This document shows positions 63,094-64,000 of a stretch of DNA of 64,000 nt, piece after piece. The notes below the pieces were generated by a model, which was not told the origin of the DNA, searched no databases, and was given only the letters and a program-made list of their open reading frames with translations. This DNA is from an uncultured virus (IMG/VR IMGVR_UViG_3300042890_000801) (taxonomy: Duplodnaviria > Heunggongvirae > Uroviricota > Caudoviricetes). Each line of letters begins with the position of its first letter. Positions within the stretch are counted from its first letter, which is position 1. A program made the translations under genes and the position numbers. Location of the stretch: IMG/VR virus record IMGVR_UViG_3300042890_000801. One strand, written 5' to 3'.

Positions 63094-63641
63094 TGTTAGC
63101 TCCGTTATTTGTGTTGAAAAATGGGTGTAATAATCATAATGTTATGAAAGTGTTTTGGGCCTCCTGTTTGTTTGAAGGTTGGGGAAGGGTACAGCAAAAA
63201 AATTGGAGTGTCAAGGAAAATAACAAACAAGAAGCGCAAAACACAATCATAACATATTATGAAAGTGAGGAGGAAAATTGGGGCGGGATTGGTGTATTAG
63301 GAAAGGCTAATGTCAGGAGCGACGCGGGTTGTGGAGAGAGCGTTATGTTAGTTAGTATTATTACGTTAGTTATACCAGATTTAACTCTAATAGTATAGAA
63401 CGCTACGAAAAATGGACACCCGAGGAATCATCACTTGGGGAGCTAATCCTGACATAACTAACATAATAATAATAATAACAATAACAAAAGAAAAATTAGA
63501 AAATAAAAATCCCCAACCAAAAAACCAATTAAGATTTTTTCTCCTCCCCCTCCCGACCCGTGCCCCTCCCCAGCCCTTCGGCCTAGTTCCGTAGAAAGAA
63601 AACTGGCTTCAAAAATTTAGACGTCGAAAACCTTCGGGCGC

Positions 63642-63667
63642 AAAAAAGCCCCGCTCCAGCGGGGCTT
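63642..63667 (-). terminator. Rho-independent terminator
   Basis: AAGCCCCGCT/AGCGGGGCTT stem with a U tract on the minus strand. Confidence 0.75.
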
Positions 63668-63732
63668 GATGGGTTACAGACCTGATGCTAGCAACAGCAA
63701 CAGGAAAACTAGATATGCCTTGACTTCATCGC

Positions 63733-63999
63733 TCATGCCTTGCCCCCCTTGCCGTTTAACATCACGTCGCGGGCCTCAACCAAACAACGTGTCACTATGG
63801 CGACGCTAGAATCTAAGCACATTGCCAGAATAGGCGCGAACTCACTACGAAAAGCGTCGTTCTTGAAGAGCTGATCTAGCAAAATGGTGCAGTGCTCCCT
63901 AGGGCTAATGGGAGGCTCACTATCGCCCGCTACATTGGGCCTCACTATCTCACCCTTGACCGCATCCTTTTGCGCCGCTACGGGCTTTGCAGAGGCCGC
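63733..63999 (-). CDS. Hypothetical protein, partial (continues beyond window)
   Basis: Frame is open to the window end (AASAKPVAAQKDAVKGEIVRPN...). Confidence 0.5.
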   Translation of the reverse strand, partial: AASAKPVAAQKDAVKGEIVRPNVAGDSEPPISPREHCTILLDQLFKNDAFRSEFAPILAMCLDSSVAIVTRCLVEARDVMLNGKGGKA

Positions 64000-64000
64000 T

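Larger units (their letters stand above)
48296..63628. repeat. Dispersed palindrome TTAGACNGTCTAA (putative operator family)
   Basis: Exact 13-mers at 48296, 55569, 57500, 58884, 59863, 60364, 61008, 61809, 61923. Variants at 56797 (TTAGACAGGTCTAA), 62981 (TTAGACGCGTCTAA), 63617 (TTAGACGTCGAA). Confidence 0.85.

Noticed and set aside
63048..63594. Plus-strand ORFs in the terminal AT-rich region
   Set aside because: Low-complexity translations of repeat DNA, against the local gene orientation and without RBS.
1..64000. Stop-codon recoding or prophage boundaries
   Set aside because: Core genes are intact in the standard code, and no host genes, integrase or att-like junction are visible.

Overview
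The window is most of the genome of a tailed dsDNA bacteriophage with a podovirus-like (P22/T7-style ejection protein) layout, arranged as two convergent arms. The + arm (1-38211) is the virion module. It holds a partial large terminase, portal, GroES, scaffold, Mu-gpT-like major capsid protein, neck/tail proteins, fibres, an M15 endolysin, two free-standing HNH-AP2 endonucleases, several internal/ejection proteins and a 2480-aa polyvalent protein. The - arm (38333-64000) carries replication genes (primase-helicase, SSB, SNF2 helicase, PD-(D/E)XK nuclease, PolA, VRR-NUC), two glycosyltransferase-like genes, ThyX, MazG, an AAA/VWA-metallopeptidase module, a pyrimidine-dimer glycosylase and many small early genes behind near-consensus sigma70 promoters. 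I saw no integrase, CRISPR array, reverse transcriptase or canonical tRNA. The most notable observations are: (1) an FtsK-gamma-like winged helix next to an ADP-ribosyltransferase inside the ejected polyvalent protein; (2) about 12 copies of a TTAGACNGTCTAA palindrome, seen only in the early/replication arm and mostly at gene starts; (3) a shared [YFH]-[AEK]-x-GG peptide tag in five virion-module proteins; (4) a promoter-terminator-bounded anti-Shine-Dalgarno-rich sRNA at the junction of the two arms; (5) a TLNSV strand motif shared by three structural genes. All family calls come from motif recognition by eye, not database searches.
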